The notes: generated from the sequence alone by a model not told the origin. 53,017 bases of DNA from an uncultured Candidatus Saccharibacteria bacterium (GCA_964584545.1 CAZPAG010000002.1:1-53017), one strand, 5' to 3'; shown: positions 17,661-25,497, numbered from the stretch's first letter. Translations and numbers: made by a program.

Positions 17661-18135
17661 GCTGTTTTAATTCCTTCTTTAATCTTAATCTCTGCCACAA
17701 GCTGATCCTGTCTATAAACAGAGTGCCATCCAAATGGTCTATCTCGTGCTGAAAAATTCTGGCTGCGAAACTGTCTGCCAAAATCTTAACCTCTTCTCCT
17801 TTTCTATTTAAAGCAACAACTTCCGCTTTCTTCGGTCTTTTGATGTTTATAAACAATTCGGGGAAGCTTAAACATCCCTCTTCTTTGGACTCTGCCTCTT
17901 TTGATTTCTTAACAATCCTGGGATTAATGAAGGCTATAAATTCATCTCCGGGTTTGATAACGATTATCCTTTTTGACTCACCAACCTGGGTAGCGGCCAA
18001 ACCAACCCCCTTACTTAGAGCCAAAGTTTCTATCATATCGTCAATCAGCTTTTGGATCTCTTCTGAAATTTCTTTAACCTTCTCTGCTTTTTTCTTCAAA
18101 ACAGGAGCCGGATATTTTTTTATTTCTAAAATCAT
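17644..18135 (-). CDS. def: peptide deformylase
   Basis: GVGLAATQVG, EGCLSFP and QHEIDHLDG motifs. Confidence 0.95.
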   Translation of the reverse strand: MILEIKKYPAPVLKKKAEKVKEISEEIQKLIDDMIETLALSKGVGLAATQVGESKRIIVIKPGDEFIAFINPRIVKKSKEAESKEEGCLSFPELFINIKRPKKAEVVALNRKGEEVKILADSFAARIFQHEIDHLDGTLFIDRISLWQRLRLKKELKQHGFDK

Positions 18136-18181
18136 TTTATTAAAAGAAAATGGTTTATAGCGGAACGTTTAAATGGTAATT

Positions 18182-18481
18182 TTATTGACCCAGAGATGAC
18201 TTTTTAATAATAATCTTGTAAATATTTTCCAGGAAATCGCCGCCGGCATACCCCACGATAAAACTCAAAGCCGGACTAAAAACACCTCCCAGAGTAAGCC
18301 CGACTTCTTTAACGGCTAAAGCCGCTACTAATCCGATAATTCCCGAGAGAGAAGCCATTCCTAAAAAATAAGGCAGTTTGAAACCGACATTTTTATAAGA
18401 AAACTGGTGTTTGATAAAACCGACCAGCCCTCTTACTGCCCCGCCTGAAAATCCGGCGAGAAGAATGTAAATATATTGCAT
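18182..18481 (-). CDS. hypothetical membrane protein
   Basis: 99-aa ORF with three hydrophobic Gly-rich helices. Confidence 0.5.
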   Translation of the reverse strand: MQYIYILLAGFSGGAVRGLVGFIKHQFSYKNVGFKLPYFLGMASLSGIIGLVAALAVKEVGLTLGGVFSPALSFIVGYAGGDFLENIYKIIIKKSSLGQ

Positions 18482-18490
18482 AAAATTGAT

Positions 18491-19744
18491 TTATTCAAAT
18501 CTTCTTAATGCTTCAACCGGCTTCATACTCGCCGCCTGTTTTGCGGGAAGAAGCCCTGCTATGCATCCGACAAAGAACGGAAACACCAGTCCGAATATGA
18601 CCAAACCCGGCGATATTGAAGCCGCAAAATAAAATATAGGATAAATTTGTCCGTATATTTCAATAATCTTGGCAAAAAGGACTCCCAATAAAGTCCCTCC
18701 TACTCCGCCTATCGAACCTATGATCCCGGCTTCCATCAAAAAAATAGTCAGGATAGCCGAATTTTTAGCGCCTATTGCCTTCATAATGCCTATTTCTTTG
18801 GTTCTTTCCCTGACCGAAGTGAACATCGTGTTGGTTATGCCGATTCCCCCGACAATAATGGCAATGCTGGCAAAAGCCACAATGACTATCTGAATTACCC
18901 CTAAAATATTGCCGGCTATATCTCCCATTTTTTCCGAAGTAATGACGCTGAAATCAACCGAATCTGTCCCCGCCCTTCTTTTCCTGGTTTCCTGCAGGCT
19001 CTCTTCTATATTCTCAGCCACCTGATCAAGATTACTTCCGTCTTCTATTTTGACCATAACCTGCTGAGCTGTCCCTTTTTTCTCACCGGTAAGCCATTCA
19101 TACAAAGACATATCCATATAAATGTATGAGTCATCGCTCTTGCTTCCTAAAGAATTAAGTATCCCCACGACCTCAAACCTCCTTCCCTTGATAGTGATCT
19201 CCGTATTTACCCCAACATCTTCTTTGAATATTTCATTTGCGACCTGCTGACCGATGATAACCTCTCTTTTGCCGGTATTAGGCCATCTTCCCTTTTCCAA
19301 GCTCCATCCCTGGAATTTTTCCAAAACTTCTATCCCTATTTTTATGGGGATTCCGGCCAGGAATATTGTTTTGCTTTCTTCTCCGTACCTGGCAACGCCG
19401 CTTTGGTAGGACATGGTCAAAACCTTGTCTACTCCCTCCGCCTTTCCAATCGCATCTACGTCTTGCCTTTCAAACTTGCTCCCCCCCATAAACATGGATA
19501 AGGGGTTAGACATGTCTCCGGGCATGACAAAAATCATCTCTCCCCCCAGAGACTTCAACTGCTTTGTGATGGTCTGCTTTAGCCCTTCACTCAGAGAAAG
19601 AAGACTAATTATCAAAAACACCCCGATAACAATCCCTAAAATAGTCAGCCAGCTCCTCAAGGACCTTGTTTTGATGTTCCTTAAGGCAATGCCGAAATAT
19701 TCTTTTGTTTCCCCTTTAAAAAGAGACCCTCCTATTTCTGCCAT
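18491..19744 (-). CDS. ABC transporter permease, MacB/FtsX type
   Basis: 417-aa ORF with an N-terminal TM helix, a large periplasmic domain and a C-terminal FtsX-like 3-TM bundle (TKEIGIMKAIGAKNSAI). Confidence 0.85.
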   Translation of the reverse strand: MAEIGGSLFKGETKEYFGIALRNIKTRSLRSWLTILGIVIGVFLIISLLSLSEGLKQTITKQLKSLGGEMIFVMPGDMSNPLSMFMGGSKFERQDVDAIGKAEGVDKVLTMSYQSGVARYGEESKTIFLAGIPIKIGIEVLEKFQGWSLEKGRWPNTGKREVIIGQQVANEIFKEDVGVNTEITIKGRRFEVVGILNSLGSKSDDSYIYMDMSLYEWLTGEKKGTAQQVMVKIEDGSNLDQVAENIEESLQETRKRRAGTDSVDFSVITSEKMGDIAGNILGVIQIVIVAFASIAIIVGGIGITNTMFTSVRERTKEIGIMKAIGAKNSAILTIFLMEAGIIGSIGGVGGTLLGVLFAKIIEIYGQIYPIFYFAASISPGLVIFGLVFPFFVGCIAGLLPAKQAASMKPVEALRRFE

Positions 19745-20445
19745 AAAATTTCGCTTGACTGATGATGATTAACCACGACCTCGCCGTCTTTTATATTCAC
19801 TATCTTTTCGCTATAGCCCGCGATATTCGGATCGTGGGTAACAACCACTATAGTTTTCTTTTTCTCTCTATGGAATTTCTCTAAGATTTCCATTATCATT
19901 TTGCCGGTTTTTGAATCAAGATTCCCTGTAGGTTCGTCGGCTATTACCATTTCCGGATCGTTGGCAAAAGACCGGGCTATAGCCACCCTTTGGCGTTCTC
20001 CTCCGGAAAGCTCGGCCGGCTGGTGTAGAGTCCTGTCTTCCAGGCCGACAGACATGAGCAATGTTTTAGCCTTCTCTTCCCTCTCTTTTTCCGGCACTCC
20101 TTGAAAAATCATCGGCAGCATTACGTTTTGTAAGGCGTTAAGATTAGGCAACAGGTTGAACTCCTGGAAAATAAACCCGACTGTTTTCCCGCGAAGCTTA
20201 GCCAATTCATTCTCAGAAAGAAGAGAGACGTCTTTGCCGTTTAGAAACAGCTTTCCTTTTGTCGGAAAATCCAAGGCCCCGATCATATTCAAAAGAGTGG
20301 ACTTCCCAGAGCCTGAAGGACCCATAACAGTAACAAAATCACCCGGATTAATTTCTAAGCTCACTCCTCTCAAAGCAGTCAGTTCTACTTTATCAAACAG
20401 ATAGATCTTCCAAACGTCCTCTAATTTTATAATCGTATCACTCAT
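19732..20445 (-). CDS. ABC transporter ATP-binding protein (MacB/LolD type)
   Basis: Walker A GPSGSGKST, signature LSGGERQRVAIARS, Walker B VIADEPTGNLD. Confidence 0.95.
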   Translation of the reverse strand: MSDTIIKLEDVWKIYLFDKVELTALRGVSLEINPGDFVTVMGPSGSGKSTLLNMIGALDFPTKGKLFLNGKDVSLLSENELAKLRGKTVGFIFQEFNLLPNLNALQNVMLPMIFQGVPEKEREEKAKTLLMSVGLEDRTLHQPAELSGGERQRVAIARSFANDPEMVIADEPTGNLDSKTGKMIMEILEKFHREKKKTIVVVTHDPNIAGYSEKIVNIKDGEVVVNHHQSSEILWQK

Positions 20446-22053
20446 TTATTTTATAACTATTTTTTCTCCCTCTTGAAGACCGGAAACCACTTCCACTAAA
20501 TTATCTATTCCTTCAAGTCCTATTGTTATTTCCCTGTCTTCGGTTTTATCGTCTTTAAAAACCTGGACTATGTCTTTTCCGTTTTTGCTTTGTAAAGTTG
20601 AACTGGAAATTATAATCACATTTTCTCTTTCAGCTGTCTTTACGACAATGTCAGCCGTCATCTCAGGCCTTACGCCTTCTGGGATATTATCAAAATCGAT
20701 CGTCGTCTCGTAATACACGACTCCATCCACCAGTTTTCCGGCAGGGTCTATCTCAACCACTTTACCAGTAAAAAGCTGATCTGGGAAAGCAACTAAGGAA
20801 ATCTCAACAGGATTCCCAACCTTCATTTTTACCACATCTTCTTCGTAAATATCTGCTTTTATTTCAAAAGGGCTGGCTGGCAAAAGAGTGATCATTACTC
20901 CCTGGACTATTTCCCCTTCTCTTTTTTCAATACTCGCTATTTGTCCGTTAGTGGGGCTTCTCAAAGTGGTGTCCCCAATCTGACTTTCCAAAAGAGAAAC
21001 TCTGGCCTCGGCCTGATTTACCTGGGCGCTGTATAAATCAACGTCTTCCTGCCTCGGGTCAGCCGTAATTCTTGTGTACTCGTCCTGGGCCGCCTTTAAA
21101 GCTCCTGCTGTAGCAGAAACGTTTGCCTGAGCAACGTTTACGTTATAATCATTGGTTATTTTGACAGAGGAAATTGTTTGCTGGGAAGTGGAGATACTGG
21201 TCAGAGCGGTATTGATATATCCTCGATGTGTGTCCAGAGAGGTCTTTTCTGTAGAAGTAACTCTGTCCCGATAGCCTGTTGTTTCGCAGTTATCCCGGAT
21301 AATCTTCAAAGCTCCCGAAACATCATTTAAATAATCTTTCATTTTAGAGAGGGCAGAATCTATGTTAGCTCTTTTTGAGCTTGCTTTAGCTATATCCAAA
21401 TAGGATTTAGCTCCAGACAGGGCGGTGGATATTACTCCTACGCTTTCTCTTACCTTAAGACCCTCCTGATCGTTAGCGATGAAATAAGCCCTTTGGACAG
21501 AGTCTGCGCTGCTGAAAGAGTTATATATCTTTAAATACGCATCATCTAAAGCACTAAGCGCATTTTCGTAAACAGAAGCCAAAGAATCCTCAGCCTGTAA
21601 TTTTACATCCGTTAAAGACTGCTGTGCGGCGGCTGAACTTGCCTCGGCATTGTCTACTACGGTCTTGGCAATCTGTGTTTCCTGGAGGCTGGCTCCAGCC
21701 AATAATTTATTGAGTTGAGCTCTGTATAAATCAAGACTGGCTTTGGACTCTTCAAGTTGAATATATAGCTGTCTGGAATCCAATTTAGCCAAGGGATCCC
21801 CCGTTTTCACCTCTTCTCCCACTTCAACATAGACCTTTTCAACTTTTCCCGCACTCTTAAAAGACAGATTGATTTTATCTCCTTTTTTGACGGTGCCTGT
21901 TTCGGAAACTTCCTGGATAACCGCTCCTCTGGAAACCGTGTACAGGTTAAGAACTGGTCCGTTTTTCTTGAAAAAAATCTGGTAGATCAAGATGATCGCC
22001 AAAATAACGCCGGTGATTATTATTATCTTTTTATACTTATTAAAGAATACCAT
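20446..22053 (-). CDS. HlyD/MacA-family periplasmic adaptor with extended coiled coil
   Basis: N-terminal TM helix, lipoyl-like GDPLAKLD, a long Ala/Gln-rich coiled coil, and a beta-barrel C-terminus. It sits directly upstream of the ABC ATPase and permease. Confidence 0.8.
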   Translation of the reverse strand: MVFFNKYKKIIIITGVILAIILIYQIFFKKNGPVLNLYTVSRGAVIQEVSETGTVKKGDKINLSFKSAGKVEKVYVEVGEEVKTGDPLAKLDSRQLYIQLEESKASLDLYRAQLNKLLAGASLQETQIAKTVVDNAEASSAAAQQSLTDVKLQAEDSLASVYENALSALDDAYLKIYNSFSSADSVQRAYFIANDQEGLKVRESVGVISTALSGAKSYLDIAKASSKRANIDSALSKMKDYLNDVSGALKIIRDNCETTGYRDRVTSTEKTSLDTHRGYINTALTSISTSQQTISSVKITNDYNVNVAQANVSATAGALKAAQDEYTRITADPRQEDVDLYSAQVNQAEARVSLLESQIGDTTLRSPTNGQIASIEKREGEIVQGVMITLLPASPFEIKADIYEEDVVKMKVGNPVEISLVAFPDQLFTGKVVEIDPAGKLVDGVVYYETTIDFDNIPEGVRPEMTADIVVKTAERENVIIISSSTLQSKNGKDIVQVFKDDKTEDREITIGLEGIDNLVEVVSGLQEGEKIVIK

Positions 22054-22075
22054 AGTTTTTATTTATTTTATTTGA

Positions 22076-22384
22076 TTATATTTTTTTGAATAATATTTTA
22101 TGCCAGTCGTCGTAAGCGAATAGTCCTTGGAGAATCAAACCGCCCAAAAGACCGATTGAGAAATAGAAAAACGCAGGATTAATATTATATCTCTTCCTTA
22201 AGAAAAACAAGGCAAAAACTAAAATTAAAGCAGCTATTAGCCAATGATGCATGTGAAGCTGCCAGCTTCCCAGGTTTAAAACGAGAGAATTGATTATCCC
22301 CTGCTGGCCTGTGGAGTTGCCAGCGAAAATATTACCCGCTAAATAACCCGCTGGCGCACCTGAAAGAAATGCTATTTTTTTCAT
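22076..22384 (-). CDS. hypothetical membrane protein
   Basis: 102-aa ORF with three hydrophobic helices. Confidence 0.45.
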   Translation of the reverse strand: MKKIAFLSGAPAGYLAGNIFAGNSTGQQGIINSLVLNLGSWQLHMHHWLIAALILVFALFFLRKRYNINPAFFYFSIGLLGGLILQGLFAYDDWHKILFKKI

Positions 22385-22390
22385 AATCTG

Positions 22391-22462
22391 CGGGGACGCT
22401 AGGATTCGAACCTAGAACAGAAATTTTGGAGATTCCTATGATAGCCATTTCACCACGTCCCC
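22391..22462 (-). tRNA. tRNA-Trp (anticodon CCA)
   Basis: Acceptor GGGGACG/CGTCCCC, anticodon loop CTCCAAA, T arm CTAGG-TTCGAAT-CCTAG, D loop with GG. No CCA is encoded. Confidence 0.9.
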
Positions 22463-22469
22463 CTCTTTC

Positions 22470-22631
22470 TTATCTCTTTGATTCCTTATGGATAGTGTGT
22501 TTTTTACAGAATTTGCAGAACTTCTTAAATTCTAACTTCTTGTCTCCCATCTTCTTTGATTTACGGGAAAAATAATTAGCTCTTTTGCATTCCTGACATA
22601 CGATTTTAAGATATGATTTTTTTGTTGCCAT
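22470..22631 (-). CDS. rpmG: ribosomal protein L33
   Basis: MATKKSYLKIVCQECKRANYFSRKSKKMGDKKLEFKKFCKFCKKHTIHKESKR (CxxC...CxxC). The start is moved to ATG 22631. The upstream ORF-track extension translates a repeat element. Confidence 0.9.
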   Translation of the reverse strand: MATKKSYLKIVCQECKRANYFSRKSKKMGDKKLEFKKFCKFCKKHTIHKESKR

Positions 22632-22662
22632 ATTTTTATAATTTTTAATTTTAATTAAAAAC

Positions 22663-22705
22663 TGACAGGGTTCCCGCGCATACATCACATTTGAAGCGCG
22701 GGATG
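22663..22705 (-). repeat. family-1 element: GC hairpin plus GGGAACCCTG box
   Basis: Minus sense reads CATCCCGCGC-16 nt-GCGCGGGAACCCTGTCA, then 30 nt of A/T, then the ATG of rpmG. Confidence 0.6.
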
Positions 22706-22713
22706 TATATATG

Positions 22714-22787
22714 AGCCTGAGAGTGGAATTGCACCACCGACCTCGTCATTACCAATGACGTGCTCTAACTAACTGAGCTACCCAGGC
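22714..22787 (-). tRNA. tRNA-Thr (anticodon GGT) with non-canonical D and T loops
   Basis: Acceptor GCCTGGG/CTCAGGC, anticodon loop TTGGTAA. The D loop is AGTTAGTTA (A at position 18) and the T loop is TGCAATT (G at position 55). Confidence 0.85.
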
Positions 22788-22792
22788 GAATG

Positions 22793-22875
22793 TGGGCGCG
22801 GTAGGACTTGCACCTACGAAGGTCAGTGACCGCCAGATTTACAGTCTGGTGCGTTTGCTGCTCCGCCACACGCCC
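22793..22875 (-). tRNA. tRNA-Tyr (anticodon GTA), long variable arm, non-canonical D and T loops
   Basis: Acceptor GGGCGTG/CGCGCCC, anticodon loop CTGTAAA, 15-nt variable arm. The D loop is AGCAGCAAA (A18) and the T loop is TGCAAGT (G55). Confidence 0.85.
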
Positions 22876-22908
22876 ATATTATTTATCAATTATAGTATCA
22901 CAAAACCG

Positions 22909-23577
22909 TTATTTTTCAATGGCTTTCCCCCGTTTTCCTCTCCATTCCTGAATATTCTTATGATGCCCGGAAATCAGCAATTTGGGCACTTTCCAATAAA
23001 CTCCTTTTTTCGGGGAAAAAACTTCCGGCCTGGTATAATGCGGATATTCGATAAAACCCTTGTTTTTGGTTATTCTTTCTTTTAAAAGCTGAGGTTTGCC
23101 CAAGACTCCGGGAACCAATCTTGCCACTGTTTCAATAACAATCATTGAAGGCAATTCTCCGCCCATCAAATCATATTCCCCTATTGATAATTCCATATCG
23201 GCTACATTCTTTGCCACTCTTTCATCAACCCCTTCGTATCTGCCGCAAACCATAACGACTTTATCCAATTTTGAAAGATTATAGGCTATTTGTTGATTAA
23301 ATTTCTTACCCCGCGGAGTAAATAGAATAACTTTAGCCTTTTTGCCCTTTTTTATCTCTTTAACTGCCTTATATATCGGTTCAACCTTCAAAACCATACC
23401 TAATCCCCCTCCATAAGGCCTGTCATCAACCGTCTTGTGCCTGTCTTTGGTCCATTTTCTCAGATTATGGACGTTAATCTTAACCAGCTTCTTTTTCTGG
23501 GCCCGGGCAATAAGACTCTCCTTCAGATAAGAGCTGAACATCTCCGGGAATATGGTAATAATATCGAAATTTAACAT
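22909..23577 (-). CDS. trmD: tRNA (guanine37-N1)-methyltransferase
   Basis: MLNFDIITIFPEMF..., DDRPYGGGLGMV, MVCGRYEGVDERV, SIGEYDLMGGELP. The start is moved to ATG 23577. Confidence 0.95.
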   Translation of the reverse strand: MLNFDIITIFPEMFSSYLKESLIARAQKKKLVKINVHNLRKWTKDRHKTVDDRPYGGGLGMVLKVEPIYKAVKEIKKGKKAKVILFTPRGKKFNQQIAYNLSKLDKVVMVCGRYEGVDERVAKNVADMELSIGEYDLMGGELPSMIVIETVARLVPGVLGKPQLLKERITKNKGFIEYPHYTRPEVFSPKKGVYWKVPKLLISGHHKNIQEWRGKRGKAIEK

Positions 23578-23650
23578 GCAAATGTAGTGAGCACCCCGCC
23601 CTCTAAGCATAAGTAAAATAATACATTTAGCATAGAGGGCGGGGTTTCGT
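23578..23650 (-). repeat. family-2 element, miniature (ORF-less) copy
   Basis: Minus sense reads cgaaACCCCGCCCTCTATGC-taaATGTATTATtttacttat-GCTTAGAGGGCGGGGTGCTCACTACATTTGC, then the ATG of trmD. Confidence 0.8.
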
Positions 23651-23661
23651 TCCTCAAAACG

Positions 23662-23695
23662 AAAACCGCGCTACCAGTAATGATAGCACGGTTTT
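23662..23695 (-). terminator. terminator-like hairpin after the KH-protein gene
   Basis: Minus sense reads AAAACCGTGCTATCA-TTAC-TGGTAGCGCGGTTTT, followed by CGTTTTG. Confidence 0.5.
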
Positions 23696-23712
23696 CTGAT
23701 TTCTGTAAAATC

Positions 23713-24027
23713 TTACAGTTTTAACTCTTCGAGATCTTCTCCTTGAGAAACTCTTGCTCTCGGGGCTCTTCCGCCTTCCGGCTCTTCGATCTTCAAATTC
23801 ACGCGAGCGTGATTCTTAAGACCGACGATTCTGACCAAAGATCTTATAGATCTGGCAGTAGAACCGGCTTTGCCGATAATCTGACCCATGTCTTCTGGGT
23901 TTACTTTCAGAGAAAGCAATACTCCCATTTCATCAACCTTGCGGTCGATTTTGACATCTTCAGGATGATCGACAAGAGCTTTTATGATAAACTCAAGGAA
24001 ATCTTGATCGCTGGATGCTTTTGACAT
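23713..24027 (-). CDS. KH-domain RNA-binding protein (YlqC/UPF0109-like)
   Basis: DFLEFIIKALVDHPEDVKI...GQIIGKAGSTARSIRSLV (GxxG KH motif). Confidence 0.85.
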   Translation of the reverse strand: MSKASSDQDFLEFIIKALVDHPEDVKIDRKVDEMGVLLSLKVNPEDMGQIIGKAGSTARSIRSLVRIVGLKNHARVNLKIEEPEGGRAPRARVSQGEDLEELKL

Positions 24028-24131
24028 ATTCTTTCAGTATATATTCATTTCTAGTAGCCCGACCTTTCAGCGACTCTCTCAAACAATAATCAATAATGCG
24101 GGAGAATCTGATAAAGTTGCTACTAATTAAT

Positions 24132-24159
24132 ATTCTATTAATTATTGGGTCTTTGTCAA
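24132..24159 (-). promoter_or_regulatory. sigma70-type promoter candidate for the KH-protein gene
   Basis: Minus sense reads TTGACA - 16 nt - TAGAAT. It is preceded by a long imperfect hairpin at 24164-24225 (CCCAATAAG/CTTATTGGG outer stem, CAAGGAAAAC/GTTTCCTTG inner stem). Confidence 0.45.
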
Positions 24160-24269
24160 GCTGCCCAATAAGCTGCCAAGGAAACAAGGAGAGAGATTTA
24201 TGTTTTCCTTGACAACTTATTGGGTAGGAACGAGGGATCATTAAGTCATAGACTCTCCCCCTCGCTCCT

Positions 24270-24470
24270 TTACTTTTCAGTAAGCTTTTCAAAAGCTTCT
24301 CTGAATACGGACTCATACCAAGGGCGGTAACAAACCAGTATCTGGTCTTCGCCAAGCACTAATTTTGTTGGCTTTACGCCAAGCTCTTTTTCGACTGCGT
24401 CGATGGCTTGGTTCATTTTATCGAAATCCGCCCTTTCTAAAGTAATTACCGCATCTGGTTGGATTCCCAT
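24270..24470 (-). CDS. hypothetical 66-aa protein (island gene)
   Basis: AGGAGG lies 7 nt upstream of the ATG. MGIQPDAVITLERADFDKMNQAIDAVEKELG.... I recognise no family. Confidence 0.55.
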   Translation of the reverse strand: MGIQPDAVITLERADFDKMNQAIDAVEKELGVKPTKLVLGEDQILVCYRPWYESVFREAFEKLTEK

Positions 24471-24630
24471 CCGTTTGCCTCCTTTGGATTCATTCTTTTC
24501 ATGACGCCGAACTGGCTATAATTTATTTGATTAACACTAATACGTCTAATCTACATAAAATAAATGTTTAATTATAACCACTTCGTCGCCATGAAATCCC
24601 ATATTTAATTTTTAAAATTATTAAGTAGAT

Positions 24631-24651
24631 TGTTGAGGCCAGGCCTCAACA
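24631..24651. repeat. island hairpin H1 (TGTTGAGG...CCTCAACA)
   Basis: tgttgaggcc-a-ggcctcaaca. It belongs to the same family as H2 at 25528-25550. Confidence 0.6.
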
Positions 24652-24690
24652 GATCCTCAAAGAATTCTCAAAGAGCCAATTATCCATTTA

Positions 24691-24771
24691 TTAGCTAATA
24701 ACTTTTTTACAAACTAGTAAATGGAAGGTAAGTAAAAATATAATGATACGATCGTTAATTATTGCAATCAT
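24691..24771 (-). CDS. possible 26-aa hydrophobic peptide
   Basis: MIAIINDRIIIFLLTFHLLVCKKVIS. The start codon lies inside the 44-nt loop of a perfect 9-bp stem GAAGGTAAG/CTTACCTTC (24724-24732 / 24776-24784). The call is speculative. Confidence 0.25.
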   Translation of the reverse strand: MIAIINDRIIIFLLTFHLLVCKKVIS

Positions 24772-24801
24772 ATCTCTTACCTTCTTTGAAAGTCTCTATG
24801 C

Positions 24802-24987
24802 CTAGGCCCAGATTAAGGTTTTGACCTGCTTGAGATGCTCGACTGCTTGGTCGAATTGTCCGAGCCGAAAATGATGCCGAGCTTTCTTAAACTCGTCTGA
24901 CAGATAAAAATTTAACTTTTCATCTGCTTTTTCGATCTCTTTTTGAAAAAAATCTTCCAATTTTCTTTCCCTCTCTTCGGTCTTCAT
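24802..24987 (-). CDS. hypothetical 61-aa helical protein (single TPR-like hairpin?)
   Basis: AAGGAGG lies 4 nt upstream of the ATG. ...FKKARHHFRLGQFDQAVEHLKQV. Confidence 0.55.
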   Translation of the reverse strand: MKTEERERKLEDFFQKEIEKADEKLNFYLSDEFKKARHHFRLGQFDQAVEHLKQVKTLIWA

Positions 24988-25002
24988 GATACCTCCTTAA
25001 TT

Positions 25003-25088
25003 TACTCGCTTTTCATAGCGGCGAGATGCCCTCCTGCTGTAGAATGCTACCGAAGGACATTTCGCCGTTATGAAAACTATGAAAAGAA
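25003..25088 (-). repeat. 86-nt structured leader R1
   Basis: 84/86 identical to R2. Minus sense has a 10-bp stem CTTTTCATAG/CTATGAAAAG, an inner stem CGGCGA/TCGCCG and an apical hairpin GTAG-CATT-CTAC. It ends 8 nt before the SD. Confidence 0.8.
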
Positions 25089-25151
25089 TTTCTTTCTACT
25101 TCCACAAATTTCATCCTGAGCTTGTCGAATGGATAAAACCTCTGGAAGTAT

Positions 25152-25173
25152 GGGAAGTCGAAACCGACTTCCC
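25152..25173 (-). terminator. hairpin after the zinc-ribbon gene
   Basis: GGGAAGTCG-GTTT-CGACTTCCC (9 bp). No clear U-run follows. Confidence 0.4.
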
Positions 25174-25193
25174 CTCGAGTAGTGAGGAGGTGG

Positions 25194-25391
25194 CTACTGT
25201 TCAGGGCAACCCTGCCGATTACCGCAGTTACCGCAGAACTTGGCACCGATAGGGATTTCTACCCTACAGGCCTCGCATTCCTTGGTGCCGTACAACGGCT
25301 TTCCACATGTTCGACACGTAACCCTATTCTCGTGGTTAAAAGTCCCGCAGGCGACGCATTGGACAAACTTATCTGGCTTAATTTCAGGCAT
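25194..25391 (-). CDS. double zinc-ribbon protein (65 aa)
   Basis: Four CxxC pairs: CVAC..CRTC..CEAC..CGNC. AAGGAGG lies 8 nt upstream of ATG 25391. Confidence 0.65.
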   Translation of the reverse strand: MPEIKPDKFVQCVACGTFNHENRVTCRTCGKPLYGTKECEACRVEIPIGAKFCGNCGNRQGCPEQ

Positions 25392-25411
25392 GAACAATGC
25401 CTCCTTGCTAA

Positions 25412-25497
25412 TACTCGCTTTTCATAGCGGCGAGATGCCCTCCTGATGTAGAATACTACCGAAGGACATTTCGCCGTTATGAAAACTATGAAAAGAA
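25412..25497 (-). repeat. 86-nt structured leader R2
   Basis: See R1. The two differences fall in the apical loop and in an unpaired segment. Confidence 0.8.

Noticed and set aside
22792-23085. Plus-strand 97-aa ORF.
   Set aside because: It starts inside tRNA-Tyr and runs antisense to trmD.
23993-24355. Minus-strand 120-aa ORF overlapping the KH-gene start and the 66-aa island ORF.
   Set aside because: It crosses a promoter and a long hairpin and has no SD. It also competes with a shorter ORF that has a perfect AGGAGG.
25070-25446. Plus-strand ORFs in the island (25070-25252, 25182-25427, 25240-25446) and the minus-strand ORF 25259-25540.
   Set aside because: They are antisense to, or out of frame with, the zinc-ribbon gene. 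Two of them start inside the R repeats, the R2-based frame stops after 13 codons, and none has an SD.
25003-25497. R1/R2 as a CRISPR array.
   Set aside because: There are only two copies of 86 nt each, separated by 323 nt that encode a protein. Each is fused to an SD. There are no cas genes.
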